Notes: a model not told the origin generated them from the letters alone. A stretch of DNA of 56,366 bases from Aquificaceae bacterium (GCA_037925805.1 JAXSOH010000001.1:27748-84113); one strand, 5' to 3'. Positions 1-11,160 are shown, numbered from the stretch's first letter. A program made the numbers and translations.

Positions 1-258
1 AGATTACCATATAGACAGACAGAAGGATTGGCAAGAAAAATCTTTTCTTCCTTGGGCGTTGCCATCCCCAACTTCAGAACACTGCATTACAGATTAACAA
101 AAGAAGAGATAAACCTTGAAGACCTGCCACAGATAGAAAACCTACAAGACGACTTTGTAATAGTGCTTGAAAGGGCTGGGTTAAAGGTCACAAACGGTTG
201 TTCCATAGCAAAAATTATATCACCTCTGGTTAGTCAAAGGAAACTTAACAAAATTTAA
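1..258 (+). mobile_element. IS5-family (IS903-like) transposase remnant, truncated/pseudogene
   Basis: Frame is open from base 1: RLPYRQTEGLARKIF...IPNFRTLHYR...VIVLERAGLKVTN. This resembles the IS5/IS903 N-terminal motifs (LPYRQxEG, PxxxTLxxR, hhDxTGhKV), with the first catalytic D replaced by E, and similarity is lost soon after. Confidence 0.7.
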
Positions 259-308
259 ACAGTTGCGTATATTTTATATTTTTACACATCCTTGAACGGA
301 GGTTTGAG

Positions 309-2063
309 ATGTTAAGAAAGGGTGCAGATATTGTTATACAAACCCTCAAAGAAGAAGGTGTGGAAGTTGTTTTCGGTCATCCCGGTGGTGCCATAATGGA
401 GGTCTACGATGCTCTCTATAGAGATGGAGGAGTAAGGCACATCTTGGCAAGACACGAGCAGGGTGCAGGGCATATGGCGGAAGGCTATGCCAAGGCAACG
501 GGTAAAGTAGGTGTTGCCATGTCAACTTCTGGACCAGGAGCTACAAACTTAGTAACTGCAGTGGCGGATGCCTATATGGACTCTGTGCCTGTGGTCTTTA
601 TAACCGGTCAAGTTCCAACCCATCTCATAGGCAATGACGCCTTTCAGGAAGTGGATATAGTAGGCATAACAAGACCCATTACTAAACATAACTTTCTGGT
701 AAAAAGCATAGAGGAACTCCCCCTCATAATCCGTCAGGCATTTTATATTGCACGGACTGGAAGACCAGGACCAGTTCTTGTGGATATTCCAAAGGATATC
801 ACTCAAAAGCTCAGCGATGTTTCAATTCCTTCCCTTGAGGAAGTAAAGGAATCACTTCCCGGCTACAGACCTCACCTTGAGGGCAACCTTCAGCAGATAA
901 GAAGGGCGGTGAGGCTCATAATGGAAGCTAAAAGACCAGTCCTCTATGTGGGCGGTGGAGCAGTTCAGGCAGAGGCACAAAAGGAGCTTGTGGAACTTGT
1001 GGAGCTTATGAAGATACCAGTAGCCACTACAAATATGGGCAAGGGTGCCTTTCCAGAGCTTCATCCTTTGGCTCTCCACATGCTTGGAATGCATGGGACA
1101 TACTATGCCAACATGGCGGTATACAATTGCGACCTACTTATAGCGGTAGGTGCGCGCTTTGACGACAGAGTTACAGGAAAGGTAGAAGAGTTTGCCCCTC
1201 AGGCAAAAATAATCCACATAGACATAGACCCAGCGTCTATCTCAAAGAACATAGTAGTGGATGTGCCAATAGTGGGTGATGTGAAAATAGTCCTAAGGAA
1301 GCTCCTTGATGAGATAAAGAGGGAAGGTGCAAAGCTCCTATTTCCAGAGGACAGGCAGAAATGGCTTGAGCGTATAGAAGGCTGGAAGAAAAAGCATCCT
1401 CTTACCTACAGAAAATCTGAAACTTCCATAAAACCTCAGTATGTAATAGAGCAGATATACGAGGCAACAAAGGGCGATGCCATAATCTCCACAGGTGTGG
1501 GACAGCATCAGATGTGGTCTGCAATGTTTTATAAGTATTCTTTTCCAAGGCAGTTTATAAACTCTGGTGGTCTTGGGACAATGGGCTTTGGCTTTCCTGC
1601 GGGCATAGGTGCAAAGCTGGGAAGACCAGACAAGGAGGTGTTTGTAATAGATGGAGATGGTTCCTTTATGATGACCATGCAGGAGCTTATTACTGCGGTG
1701 CAATACAGAGTGCCAGTTAAGGTTGCCATAATAAACAATGGATATCTTGGTATGGTGAGACAGTGGCAAGAGCTATTTTATGAGAGGAGATACTCAGAGG
1801 TAGACCTTTCCGTTCAGCCTGATTTCGTAAAGCTGGCAGAAGCCTGTGGTGCGGTAGGCTTTAGGGCGGAAAAACCCTCAGAGGTAAGAGAAATAATAGA
1901 AGAGGCTCTCAAAATCCAAGACAGACCAGTTATAATGGACTTCCATGTGGACAGGGAAGAGAACGTGCTTCCTATGGTTCCTGCAGGAAAGTCTTACAGA
2001 GATATGATATTAGAAGATGGTAAAAAGGCGGTAGAAGCGGAGACTATGTATTTAGTGGGCTAA
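309..2063 (+). CDS. ilvB: Acetolactate synthase large (catalytic) subunit
   Basis: [22 protein letters not shown], ThDP-binding GDGSF...NN motif; followed by the small subunit. Confidence 0.97.
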   Translation: MLRKGADIVIQTLKEEGVEVVFGHPGGAIMEVYDALYRDGGVRHILARHEQGAGHMAEGYAKATGKVGVAMSTSGPGATNLVTAVADAYMDSVPVVFITGQVPTHLIGNDAFQEVDIVGITRPITKHNFLVKSIEELPLIIRQAFYIARTGRPGPVLVDIPKDITQKLSDVSIPSLEEVKESLPGYRPHLEGNLQQIRRAVRLIMEAKRPVLYVGGGAVQAEAQKELVELVELMKIPVATTNMGKGAFPELHPLALHMLGMHGTYYANMAVYNCDLLIAVGARFDDRVTGKVEEFAPQAKIIHIDIDPASISKNIVVDVPIVGDVKIVLRKLLDEIKREGAKLLFPEDRQKWLERIEGWKKKHPLTYRKSETSIKPQYVIEQIYEATKGDAIISTGVGQHQMWSAMFYKYSFPRQFINSGGLGTMGFGFPAGIGAKLGRPDKEVFVIDGDGSFMMTMQELITAVQYRVPVKVAIINNGYLGMVRQWQELFYERRYSEVDLSVQPDFVKLAEACGAVGFRAEKPSEVREIIEEALKIQDRPVIMDFHVDREENVLPMVPAGKSYRDMILEDGKKAVEAETMYLVG

Positions 2064-2075
2064 AGGAGGTAGAAA

Positions 2076-2651
2076 ATGGCGGACACGATTGGAAGTGCAG
2101 GGTTTAACGCGGTAAAAACTCCTCTATTTAGAGAGGTAAAGAAAGGAGAAGTGCGTAAGCACATTATAACCCTTACTGTGCGTAATGAGCTTGGCGTTCT
2201 TGCTCGCATTGCAACCCTTATAGCAGGTAAGGGATACAACATAGAAGGCTTGTCGGTGGGCGAAACTCATGAAAAGGGTATTTCTCGTATGACCCTTGAG
2301 GTGATAGGCGATGACGTTGTAATAGACCAAGTGGTAAAACAGCTTAGAAAACTCATAGATACCATAAAGGTAAAAGACCTAACAGACACACCTCATGTGG
2401 AAAGAGAGCTTGCTCTTATAAAGGTTCATACCGCCACACCAAGGGCAAGAGACGAGGTGCTTAGGCTTGTGGAGATATTTAGGTGCAGGATAGTGGATGT
2501 CTCTCCAGAAACTTACACGGTTGAGATAACGGGAACAGAGGACAAGGTCAACGCCTTTATAGAGCTTGTTAAACCCTTTGGCATAAAGGAGATGGCAAGA
2601 ACGGGTAAAGTAGCCATGAAAAGGGAAAGCACACCTCAAGAGGAGGAATGA
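2076..2651 (+). CDS. ilvH: Acetolactate synthase small (regulatory) subunit
   Basis: ACT domain (NELGVLARIA, GYNIEGLSVG), ERELALIKV, EMARTG; SD AAGGAGGT upstream. Confidence 0.95.
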   Translation: MADTIGSAGFNAVKTPLFREVKKGEVRKHIITLTVRNELGVLARIATLIAGKGYNIEGLSVGETHEKGISRMTLEVIGDDVVIDQVVKQLRKLIDTIKVKDLTDTPHVERELALIKVHTATPRARDEVLRLVEIFRCRIVDVSPETYTVEITGTEDKVNAFIELVKPFGIKEMARTGKVAMKRESTPQEEE

Positions 2652-2952
2652 AGTTAAGGCTCTCAGAGGAAGAGATAAAAGTCATAAAGGAAACCGCCTT
2701 TGAAGTCTTTGATAGGGATGTGGAAATAATTCTCTTTGGCTCAAGGATTGACCCAAACAGGCACGGTGGAGACATAGACCTTTCGGTTAAAACCTCTATG
2801 ACGCCTAAAGAGTTTATTGAGAAAAAGTTTGAGTTTATATACAAACTTTGGCAGAGGATAGGACAGCAGAAGATTGACTGGTCTACTACAATCCAGAAAA
2901 GGGGGAGCTACCAATTCACAAAAAAGCCCTTTCGGAGGGTATAAAGCTATGA
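2648..2952 (+). pseudogene. Minimal nucleotidyltransferase (MNT) antitoxin, frameshifted near the C-terminus
   Basis: LFGSR...GGDIDL NTase motif. After KID (about 2879) the plausible tail VYYNPEKGELPIHKKALSEGIKL* lies in another frame, ending in a TGA (2950-2952) that overlaps the next ATG. Confidence 0.75.
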
Positions 2953-3326
2953 AGGAGGAACTTCTATACTATCTTGAAGCCTGTAGAAGGAATGTGGAGT
3001 TTTTGGGGAAACTTGAAGGGAAAATTCCTCACTTGTTTCCTTTGAAAAGCTACTACGATACGGAAGTTGAGAGCAAATTTCTCGTAGACGCCTTTATATA
3101 TAGCATAGCAAAGCTCCAAGAACTCCTTGGGAAACTACTTAGATTTTTCCTGAGAAAAGTAGGCTACAATGTGGATGCTATGTATCCTATAGACATTATA
3201 AACCTTGCAGAGAAATTAGGCATCGTTGACTCCTCAAAAGAGTGGTTTGAGTTAAGGGAGCTTAGAAATGCGGTCAATCACGATTATAGCCTACTTGAAG
3301 AGGAACTTGTAGAAACTATAAATTAG
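2949..3326 (+). CDS. HEPN-domain (nucleotidyltransferase substrate-binding family) toxin, possibly C-terminally truncated
   Basis: WFELRELRNAVNHDY carries the RxxxxH(x)Y HEPN motif; ATG at 2949 is coupled to the MNT stop. Confidence 0.8.
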   Translation: MKEELLYYLEACRRNVEFLGKLEGKIPHLFPLKSYYDTEVESKFLVDAFIYSIAKLQELLGKLLRFFLRKVGYNVDAMYPIDIINLAEKLGIVDSSKEWFELRELRNAVNHDYSLLEEELVETIN

Positions 3327-3384
3327 AATATAAAGGCTCAAAGCCAAGATTGAATTAGAATAGTTATATCTCTGGAGGTGAAAT

Positions 3385-4845
3385 ATGAGAGTATACGCAA
3401 AGGATTTTAAGGCAGAGGAAGTAAAAGAACCTATAGCTATCTTTCTCTTTGAAGATGACAGAGAGAACCTTGATTTTCTTGGGTCTCTTAAGGGGCAGGT
3501 GGAGAAATTGATTCTCGCAGAGAACTTTAAGGGTAAAGAAGAAACTCTGACAAAGGTTAGCCTGCTTGTGGGTGATGATGTAAGGGTCTTTTATGTGGTA
3601 GGGCTTGGAAAGAAGGAGAAGGCAGGTGAGGATAGCTACAGGATTGCCTCTGCCTTAGCCTCTAAGAGGGCAAACAAGGACAAGGTCAAAACCCTGTATA
3701 TATACGCTGGAAGCCTTGACTACAGGCTAAGTAAAGCGATTACTGAGGGTGCAATCCTTGGAAGTTATCGCTTTGACAAGTATAAGACAAAGAAGGAAGA
3801 GGAAAAGGACCAAAGACTTGAGGAAGTTTATATATGCGGTGCAGACTCAAAGGCGGTGGAAGTTGGGAGGGTCTTCGCACAGACACAGAACTTTACAAGA
3901 GACCTTGTAAATGAACCCGGGAACGTTATAAACCCTATAAGCCTTGCGGATATTGCACAGAAGGTCGCACAGGAACATGGGCTTGAGTGTAGGGTGTATG
4001 ATGAGAAGGAGATCCAAGAAATGGGTATGCAAGCCTTGTGGAGTGTAGGAAAGGGCTCTGCAACTCCACCAAGGTTTGTCCATATGGTCTACAGACCTCA
4101 GGGTGAGCCTAAAGAAAAAATTGCCATAGTTGGTAAGGGTCTCACCTTTGACAGCGGTGGGCTAAACATAAAGACTGGCGACTACATGAGAACTATGAAG
4201 ATGGACAAGTCTGGTGCCTGTGCGGTTATAGGAATAATGAAAGCCATCGCACAGCTAAAGCCTCAGGTGGAAGTCCACGGCATCTTTGGTGCTGCGGAGA
4301 ATATGCCAAGCGGAACCGCCTACAGACCCGATGACATAATAAGGGCTATGAACGGGAAAACCATAGAGATAGACAATACGGATGCGGAGGGAAGAGTAAC
4401 TTTGGCGGATGCCCTCTCTTACGCCTCAAACCTTGGAGTGTCAAGAATAATAGACATGGCAACTTTAACGGGTGCCTGCATGGTAGCCCTTGGAGAATAC
4501 ACTGCAGGGCTTTTTACCAATGAGGATGAGTTTGGGGATGAGATCCTTAGCCTTTCAAGACTTACAGGAGAACGCATGTGGGAACTACCGATGGATGACA
4601 AAAGGCTAAGAGAAAAGATAAAGAAGGGTGAAGGCGATGTGCTTAACTCTGGAGGTCGCTATGGAGGTGCCATAACCGCTGCCATGTTCCTTGAAGAGTT
4701 CGTAGGCGAAGGAATAAAGTGGGTGCATCTTGACATTGCAGGACCTGCACACCTAAGAGAGGAGTTTTCTTACTATTCAAAGGGTGGCACAGGCTTTGGC
4801 GTAAGGACATGCTTGGAGTATATTCTTAAACTTAGTGAAAGATGA
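3385..4845 (+). CDS. pepA: Leucyl aminopeptidase (M17)
   Basis: VGKGLTFDSGG, NTDAEGR, ATLTGA, HLDIAG motifs. Confidence 0.95.
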   Translation: MRVYAKDFKAEEVKEPIAIFLFEDDRENLDFLGSLKGQVEKLILAENFKGKEETLTKVSLLVGDDVRVFYVVGLGKKEKAGEDSYRIASALASKRANKDKVKTLYIYAGSLDYRLSKAITEGAILGSYRFDKYKTKKEEEKDQRLEEVYICGADSKAVEVGRVFAQTQNFTRDLVNEPGNVINPISLADIAQKVAQEHGLECRVYDEKEIQEMGMQALWSVGKGSATPPRFVHMVYRPQGEPKEKIAIVGKGLTFDSGGLNIKTGDYMRTMKMDKSGACAVIGIMKAIAQLKPQVEVHGIFGAAENMPSGTAYRPDDIIRAMNGKTIEIDNTDAEGRVTLADALSYASNLGVSRIIDMATLTGACMVALGEYTAGLFTNEDEFGDEILSLSRLTGERMWELPMDDKRLREKIKKGEGDVLNSGGRYGGAITAAMFLEEFVGEGIKWVHLDIAGPAHLREEFSYYSKGGTGFGVRTCLEYILKLSER

Positions 4846-6227
4846 GAGTGGTTATAGTAGGAAACGGACCAGCTTCTGCCAGTGCCATAGAAGCCTTTAG
4901 GAAGGTGGACCAGGACTCTGACATAATAGTGCTTTCTGATGAGGAATTTCCTACATACGCACCTAACTGCATGGAAAATGTTATAAGGGGAGACATATCC
5001 GAAGAAGCCCTTTTTTATAAGGGAGGCTTTGACTTTTACGAAAGGTATAAGGTAGACTTCAGACCTAAAAAGGAAGTGGTGGGAATAGACAATAAGAGAA
5101 AGGTGGTTATAGTCAGAGGCGGAGAGGAAATACCCTATGACAAGTGCCTTTTGTCTGCTGGAGCTTACGCCTTTGTGCCACCCATACCAGGGGTTGAGCT
5201 TGGTGGAGTGACCACAGCCAAAAACCTATACGATGCAAAGAAGATAAGGGATTGGGTTCTCTCTGGTAAGGTCAGGAGCGTAGTTATAGTGGGTGCGGGT
5301 CCTATAGGTATAGAGGATGCGGAGACACTAAGGCACATGGGTCTTGAAGTGCATGTGGTGGAGTTCTTTGATAGGGTTCTTCCAAGGATGTTGGACAAGT
5401 TTATGTCCGACAAGTATATGAAGCCTCTTGAGGAGGAAGGGATTCACTTTCACTTGAACCATCAAGTGGTAGCCATACATGGAGAAGACCAATGGGTAGA
5501 AGCGGTTGAGATAAGACCCAACGGCACAGACAAGAGCAAGTTCATAAGGGCGGACATGGTTATTCTCTCAACGGGTGTAAGACCCAGGACTAACCTTGTG
5601 GCGGACACGGACATAAAGCTTCATATAAACGAAGCTACCGGTAGGGTTGTGGGTGGTATACTGGTAAACGAATACCAACAAACCTCAGACCCAGATGTCT
5701 ATGCAGCGGGTGATATATGCTCTGGTTTGGATGCCTGGGGAAACCACCGATGGATAGCTCTCTTTCCACCAGCACAGCAAGGAGGAGCTATAGCAGGCTT
5801 TAATATGGCAGGGCTAAGAGTTAAAAACCCAGGGCTTGTGGACTACAATGCGGTAAAGACAAGGATAGCAACAGCTGGAAGTGGAGGAACTTTTGAAGAC
5901 TCAGAGGGTTCTTTTAGCTTTGAATGGGAAGGCAAGCTGGTAAAGGTTTTCCTCAAAGAGGGAAGCGTATGCGGTTATCAGTTTGTGGGGTTAGGGAAAA
6001 ACAGACCGCTAAACCCAAGAAATAGATTTTTGAGGTCTCAAACCATAAAAAGCTGGTCTGAAAAACTTCTTCTTGACAGGGGGCTTGGTCTTGAGGCAAG
6101 CGGTGTGCTTTTCCATCACTTTATAAGGTTCATAGACAGAAAATTTGAGGATGAAGTTCGCGATGCTATAAAGCTCGGTATGCTTAGAGCTTTGTCTAAC
6201 CCAGCCTTTGAAGTGTCCATATTTTAA
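4842..6227 (+). CDS. FAD-dependent pyridine nucleotide-disulfide oxidoreductase (NADH oxidase/NirB-N-like)
   Basis: Two Rossmann motifs (VGNGPA, VGAGPIG) and TSDPDVYAAGD. Confidence 0.85.
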   Translation: MRVVIVGNGPASASAIEAFRKVDQDSDIIVLSDEEFPTYAPNCMENVIRGDISEEALFYKGGFDFYERYKVDFRPKKEVVGIDNKRKVVIVRGGEEIPYDKCLLSAGAYAFVPPIPGVELGGVTTAKNLYDAKKIRDWVLSGKVRSVVIVGAGPIGIEDAETLRHMGLEVHVVEFFDRVLPRMLDKFMSDKYMKPLEEEGIHFHLNHQVVAIHGEDQWVEAVEIRPNGTDKSKFIRADMVILSTGVRPRTNLVADTDIKLHINEATGRVVGGILVNEYQQTSDPDVYAAGDICSGLDAWGNHRWIALFPPAQQGGAIAGFNMAGLRVKNPGLVDYNAVKTRIATAGSGGTFEDSEGSFSFEWEGKLVKVFLKEGSVCGYQFVGLGKNRPLNPRNRFLRSQTIKSWSEKLLLDRGLGLEASGVLFHHFIRFIDRKFEDEVRDAIKLGMLRALSNPAFEVSIF

Positions 6228-7675
6228 AAAGTGTAAACTTCTATCCTGTTTCTTCCTGATTCTTTTGCCTTGTAGAGGGCTTCGTCTGCCATTTTTATTA
6301 GCTCATCAATTTTTTCAACACCTGCAGGAAAACTTGCAAGCCCACCGCTTAAGGTGGCCTTTATCTCATTTCCTTCGTAAACTATGAGACTATTCTGGAA
6401 GTTTGTCCTTATCCTTTCTGCCACCACCTTGGCTTGCTGGAGGTTTGTGTTGGACATAAGAAGGACAAACTCTTCTCCTCCAAACCTTGCAGGGAGGTCA
6501 GACTGCCTTATGCTCTTTCTAAGCACATCCGCAAAACTCTTCAAAACAAGGTCTCCTGCATCGTGCCCATAGGTGTCGTTTATTTTCTTAAAGAAGTCTA
6601 TATCCATGACGAGAAGGCTGAAGGGAGTTCCGTATCTTTTGGAGTTTTCAAAAATAAGGTTTGCATGGTCAAAAAAGAACCTTCTATTTGGAAGTCCTGT
6701 AAGTGGGTCGTAGTATGCAAGCTGTTCAAGCTCAGATTTCTTTTTCTCAAGCTCTTCAAAGGCAGATTTCAAACTCACAGCCATGTTGTATATGCTATGT
6801 TTAAGTTCGTTTACCTCATCTTTACAACTGTCTTCCGAATTCTCAAGAACTTCTATTACAGAGAAATCCTTCTTTTCTATACTTGCGGTCACGTTCTTGA
6901 GTAGGATTACTCTGTTTGCAAGCCTTGAGGCTATCTGGAAAAGCACCAAAGCAAGCGACAGGGAAATGATAACTGAGTAAAATAAAAGGGTAGAAAAGGC
7001 AGTATACGCCTCTCTGTATATATGAGAAACATCCTTTACAAGTATTATCTTGCCTACTTGTAGTCTATTAAAGTTAACAAAGGGAACTTCCATAAGAAGT
7101 CTCCTATCCGTAAAGGCACCATGAAGCTTATACCCAGAAACATCAAAGGGAATAAATACGATATCACGCTTAGATAACAGGTCAATAATAATACCGTTCA
7201 TGGCTATTTTTTCTTTCATAAAGCTATCAACATCTCCATCCAATACATCAAGCAGAAAACTCCTTTCATAAAAAACTATCCAATCTACATCTATTAGACT
7301 ATTTGTTAGTTTTAAGACATTTTCAAGTCTTACGCCTACAAAATAACATCCATCTGGATATTTTCTGTTTATGCCATAATATGGTCCAAAGTTAAATACC
7401 CTATAATAGGGTCTGTCCTCACATCGAGATTCAGTAGGCAACTGTCTTCTTATGTAATAAGTTCCCAAAAGAGAGGTATCGTTTCCAATAAGTTTTAGAT
7501 TTTCCTCTTCTTTGTTTAGTATTTCCTTGTAGTTCCTGTAAATAAGCTCATAAGTTTCTTTTATCCTCTTATCTACAATTTTATAAAATGCCACATAAAG
7601 AATTACAGAAGAAAAGGTTAGGGTCAAAACAACAGATATAAAAAGGCTGTAATATATCCTCTTCTTTATTGACAT
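6224..7675 (-). CDS. Membrane-bound diguanylate cyclase (2 TM, HAMP-like linker, GGDEF domain)
   Basis: DPLTGLPNRR, DIDFFKKINDTYGH, RQSD inhibitory site, RFGGEEF; ATG at 7675 with AGGAG SD. Confidence 0.92.
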   Translation of the reverse strand: MSIKKRIYYSLFISVVLTLTFSSVILYVAFYKIVDKRIKETYELIYRNYKEILNKEEENLKLIGNDTSLLGTYYIRRQLPTESRCEDRPYYRVFNFGPYYGINRKYPDGCYFVGVRLENVLKLTNSLIDVDWIVFYERSFLLDVLDGDVDSFMKEKIAMNGIIIDLLSKRDIVFIPFDVSGYKLHGAFTDRRLLMEVPFVNFNRLQVGKIILVKDVSHIYREAYTAFSTLLFYSVIISLSLALVLFQIASRLANRVILLKNVTASIEKKDFSVIEVLENSEDSCKDEVNELKHSIYNMAVSLKSAFEELEKKKSELEQLAYYDPLTGLPNRRFFFDHANLIFENSKRYGTPFSLLVMDIDFFKKINDTYGHDAGDLVLKSFADVLRKSIRQSDLPARFGGEEFVLLMSNTNLQQAKVVAERIRTNFQNSLIVYEGNEIKATLSGGLASFPAGVEKIDELIKMADEALYKAKESGRNRIEVYTF

Positions 7676-8628
7676 AGTTTTTCTCCTATCCTTTCGCAAA
7701 GTTTTAGGGCATTCAAAGATGGAGTTTCATCCGCTATACCCTTCCAAGCTATGTCATAGGCAACTCCATGGTCTGGTGAGGTTCTCACGAAAGGTATTCC
7801 TATGGTGAGATTTACACCTTCTCTAAAAGAGAGCAGTTTAAAGGCTATAAGCCCTTGGTCGTGATACATGCAGAGGTATACATCATATTTGGGGTTCAAA
7901 AAGGCACTGTCTGGAGATAAAGGACCGTCAACTTTATAACCCTCTTCCTTTAGAGCCTCTACCGCAGGTGCAATCTCTTTCATATCCTCATCCCCAATGG
8001 CACCCATATCTCCAGCATGAGGATTTAAACCAAGAACACCAATAGTTGGCTCAAAATCAAAAAGTCTTTTAAACTCCCTGTCTATGAGCTTTACCTTTTT
8101 TATTATATCATCCTTTTTTATCCTGTCTGGCACTTCCCTTAGGGGTATATGTGTGGTAAAAGGCACAACCTTTAACTTTTCTGAATACATAAGCATAGCA
8201 TACTCTCTCACATTACAAGCCTGAGCTAAGAACTCTGTTTGCCCCTCGTAGGAAAATCCTGCCAGCTTTGCCCAAAATTTGTTTATAGGCATGGTCAAAA
8301 GCCCATGCAGTTTTCCGTAGACAGCGTCCACAACCGCCCTTCCTAAGTATGCGACTGCCACTTTTCCAGAGGTCAGAGATGGTAATGGTCTGTCCGTTTC
8401 GCTGATGTTTAAGTCCGCTATGTATACACCGGGAGCTTTTACTTCTTCCACCGTATATATGTTTGAAAATTCAAAGTCTATATTGAGCTCTCTTTTAACC
8501 GCCTCCATTATCTTCTTCTCTCCGTATATTATGTATGCTTTCTGAGGGTCAAAGTATTGGGAAAGCTTTGCTATTAGCTCGGGTCCTACTCCTGCAGGGT
8601 CACCTATGGTTATGCCTATCTTAAACAT
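7666..8628 (-). CDS. pdxA: 4-hydroxythreonine-4-phosphate dehydrogenase
   Basis: TIGDPAGVGPE, GLNPHAG, MYHDQG, RTSPDHG. Confidence 0.95.
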   Translation of the reverse strand: MFKIGITIGDPAGVGPELIAKLSQYFDPQKAYIIYGEKKIMEAVKRELNIDFEFSNIYTVEEVKAPGVYIADLNISETDRPLPSLTSGKVAVAYLGRAVVDAVYGKLHGLLTMPINKFWAKLAGFSYEGQTEFLAQACNVREYAMLMYSEKLKVVPFTTHIPLREVPDRIKKDDIIKKVKLIDREFKRLFDFEPTIGVLGLNPHAGDMGAIGDEDMKEIAPAVEALKEEGYKVDGPLSPDSAFLNPKYDVYLCMYHDQGLIAFKLLSFREGVNLTIGIPFVRTSPDHGVAYDIAWKGIADETPSLNALKLCERIGEKLCQ

Positions 8629-8654
8629 ATTAAAAATGATATAATACACAGGCG

Positions 8655-8867
8655 ATGAAGGTAAAAGTTCTTATACTCCCTAAGAAGGGACTTCTTGACC
8701 CAGAAGGCAGGGCAGTAAGGGAAATGCTCCTTGATGGTGGTTTTCAAGTGAAAGATGTAAAAGTAGGAAAGGTGGTAGAGCTTGAAGTGGAGAAGGACAC
8801 AGATATAAAAGCCCTCGTAGAAAAGTATCTTGTAAACCCATTGGTTGAGGAGTATGTAATAGAATGA
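8655..8867 (+). CDS. purS: Phosphoribosylformylglycinamidine synthase subunit PurS
   Basis: LDPEG, VGK, LVNPLVE motifs; adjacent to purQ. Confidence 0.92.
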   Translation: MKVKVLILPKKGLLDPEGRAVREMLLDGGFQVKDVKVGKVVELEVEKDTDIKALVEKYLVNPLVEEYVIE

Positions 8868-9544
8868 GGTTTGCGGTCTGCGTATTCCCCGGGTCTAACT
8901 GCGATTACGACACTTACTATGTGATAAGAGATTTACTTGGACAAGATGTGAGTTTTGTAAACCACAATACAAAAAGTCTTGGTGGTTTTGACTGTGTGGT
9001 CATACCGGGTGGTTTTTCCTTCGGAGATTACCTTAGGGCTGGTGTGCTCGCCAGTAAGACTCCTTTAGGTAATGCCATAGCGGAATATGCACAAGGAGGT
9101 GGGCTTGTGTTGGGTATATGCAACGGTTTTCAGGTCCTCACAGAGCTTCATTTATTGCCGGGTGTTCTACTCAGAAACGAAAACCTAACCTTCTTATGTA
9201 GGGATGTCTATCTCAGGGTTGAGAACAATTCCTTGCCTTTTACCAGAAGGTTTGAAAAGGATGAAGTTATAAGACTTCCCATAGCACACGGAGAAGGAAG
9301 GTATTATGTGCCGGAGGAAGACCTGAGATTAATGGAAGAAAGGGGACAGATAGTCCTAAGATATTGTGACGAATATGGTAATGTAAACCCTCAAGCAAAC
9401 CCTAACGGTTCTTTATTCAACATAGCCGGAGTTTGCAACAAAGAGGGTAATGTCTTTGGTCTTATGCCTCATCCAGAAAGAGCCTGTGAAGACATACTTG
9501 GTTACCGAGATGGTATAATACTCTGGCATTCTCTTGTTGCTTAG
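8864..9544 (+). CDS. purQ: Phosphoribosylformylglycinamidine synthase glutaminase subunit
   Basis: FPGSNCD, PGGFSFGDYLR, GICNGFQ, MPHPER. Confidence 0.97.
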   Translation: MRFAVCVFPGSNCDYDTYYVIRDLLGQDVSFVNHNTKSLGGFDCVVIPGGFSFGDYLRAGVLASKTPLGNAIAEYAQGGGLVLGICNGFQVLTELHLLPGVLLRNENLTFLCRDVYLRVENNSLPFTRRFEKDEVIRLPIAHGEGRYYVPEEDLRLMEERGQIVLRYCDEYGNVNPQANPNGSLFNIAGVCNKEGNVFGLMPHPERACEDILGYRDGIILWHSLVA

Positions 9545-9559
9545 GGCTATAATTTAAGC

Positions 9560-11128
9560 ATGAGCTTTTCTAACGAAGCCAAGGTAGGCTTTCTTGTTCT
9601 TTTATTCTCTCTTGGCTTTGCCTTCCTTGTTCTTACCTTTGGTGAGGTGCCCTTTTTCAAACCAGCGGTAAAGAACTACAAGGTATACTTTGACAATGTG
9701 GCGGGGCTTGGTGCGGGTGCAGAGGTAAGGGTCGCAGGCATAAAGAGTGGAAAGGTAAGGTCTGTATATTTAAAGGATGGTAAGGTAGAGGTGGTTTTTG
9801 AGCTTGACAAAAATATAACCCTATACAAAGACGCGCAAGCGGAGATAGGAACCCTTGGTCTTATGGGTGATAAATATCTGAACATATACCCGGGAAGTCC
9901 ACAGGCAGGTGTGCTCGAAGATGGTGAGGTCATAGTTCAAACCACTGGCTATGCGGACACAGACCTTCTCATAAAGCGAATGTCAGAGGCGTCAGAATCG
10001 GTAAGACTGTTAGCGGAGAACTTTCGGCTTATACTTGCTGAAAACAGGGAAGATATAAAAGGTGTTGTCCAAAACTTGGAGGCACTCACCCGAAACTTTA
10101 ACCTTGTAGTTCTTGAAAACAGAACCGCTCTAAGAGAAACCATACAAAATATCAACCTTTTAGCCTATAATTTGAATAAAACCCTCCCACAGACTATAGA
10201 AAGCATAGATATGCTTGCAAAAAGCCTTGAAGCCATAGCCAATGAAAATAGACAGGACATAAGGGAAACTGTGGCAAATCTCAAGCAGTTAAGTGGAGAC
10301 CTCAAAGCAACACTTCCTGAGCTTTCAAGAAACCTTAATGAGCTCTCAATGAACCTGAACGAATTGGTTGTGGAAAACAGACAGGACATAAGAACCACAA
10401 CCGCAAACCTTTCTGAAATTACTAAAACCCTAAATGAAAGCTCCGAAAGGTTAAACGACATATTGGCACAGATAGAAAGGGGTGAGGGCACCTTAGGAAA
10501 GTTAATAAAGGACGATGAACTTTACAAGAATGTATCTTCTGGCGTTAAGGTATTGGGTAAAGCTGGGGAGGTTGCAGATAGAACGAACCTCTATGTAGGC
10601 TTTAGGGGTGAGCTCTACAGGGCTGGTGATTCCAAAGCAGCTATCACATTAAAGCTACAACCCGATAATGAAAAATACTATCTTTTGGAATTAGTGGGTG
10701 ATTCAAGAGGTAGGGTATACAGAGAAGAGTATCTTCCCAACCAAACTACAATAAAGAGAGAGTTCAAACCAGAGTTTACAGTTCAGTATGCAAGAATATT
10801 TCCCTTTGCTGGTAAAGAGCTTGTCATAAGGGCTGGTCTTAAGGAATCCACGGGTGGAATAGGTGCTGACCTTGTATACTCAGAAAGGACAACCCTTACA
10901 ACAGACCTTTGGGACTTTGGAAGAAAAGACAGGCCACAGGACAAAGACCTAAAGCCAAATCTTCAGATGGGTATAAATTACAAGGTCAGAGGCCCACTAT
11001 ATGTGAGGTTTGGTGGTGATGACCTTTTAAACGCAAAGCTAAGGGGCGTTTTTGGTGGTGTGGGGCTTTTGTTTACCGACAACGACCTAAAATACCTGCT
11101 TGGCAGTTTAAAACTACCCTTGCCATGA
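9560..11128 (+). CDS. MCE/MlaD-family lipid transport protein with long helical region
   Basis: N-terminal TM, MCE domain (GLGAGAEVRVAGIKSGKV, GLMGDKYL), heptad repeats, GEGTLGKLI. Confidence 0.88.
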   Translation: MSFSNEAKVGFLVLLFSLGFAFLVLTFGEVPFFKPAVKNYKVYFDNVAGLGAGAEVRVAGIKSGKVRSVYLKDGKVEVVFELDKNITLYKDAQAEIGTLGLMGDKYLNIYPGSPQAGVLEDGEVIVQTTGYADTDLLIKRMSEASESVRLLAENFRLILAENREDIKGVVQNLEALTRNFNLVVLENRTALRETIQNINLLAYNLNKTLPQTIESIDMLAKSLEAIANENRQDIRETVANLKQLSGDLKATLPELSRNLNELSMNLNELVVENRQDIRTTTANLSEITKTLNESSERLNDILAQIERGEGTLGKLIKDDELYKNVSSGVKVLGKAGEVADRTNLYVGFRGELYRAGDSKAAITLKLQPDNEKYYLLELVGDSRGRVYREEYLPNQTTIKREFKPEFTVQYARIFPFAGKELVIRAGLKESTGGIGADLVYSERTTLTTDLWDFGRKDRPQDKDLKPNLQMGINYKVRGPLYVRFGGDDLLNAKLRGVFGGVGLLFTDNDLKYLLGSLKLPLP

Positions 11129-11160
11129 GATAAATTGAAATAAATTTATGATTAATAGCC

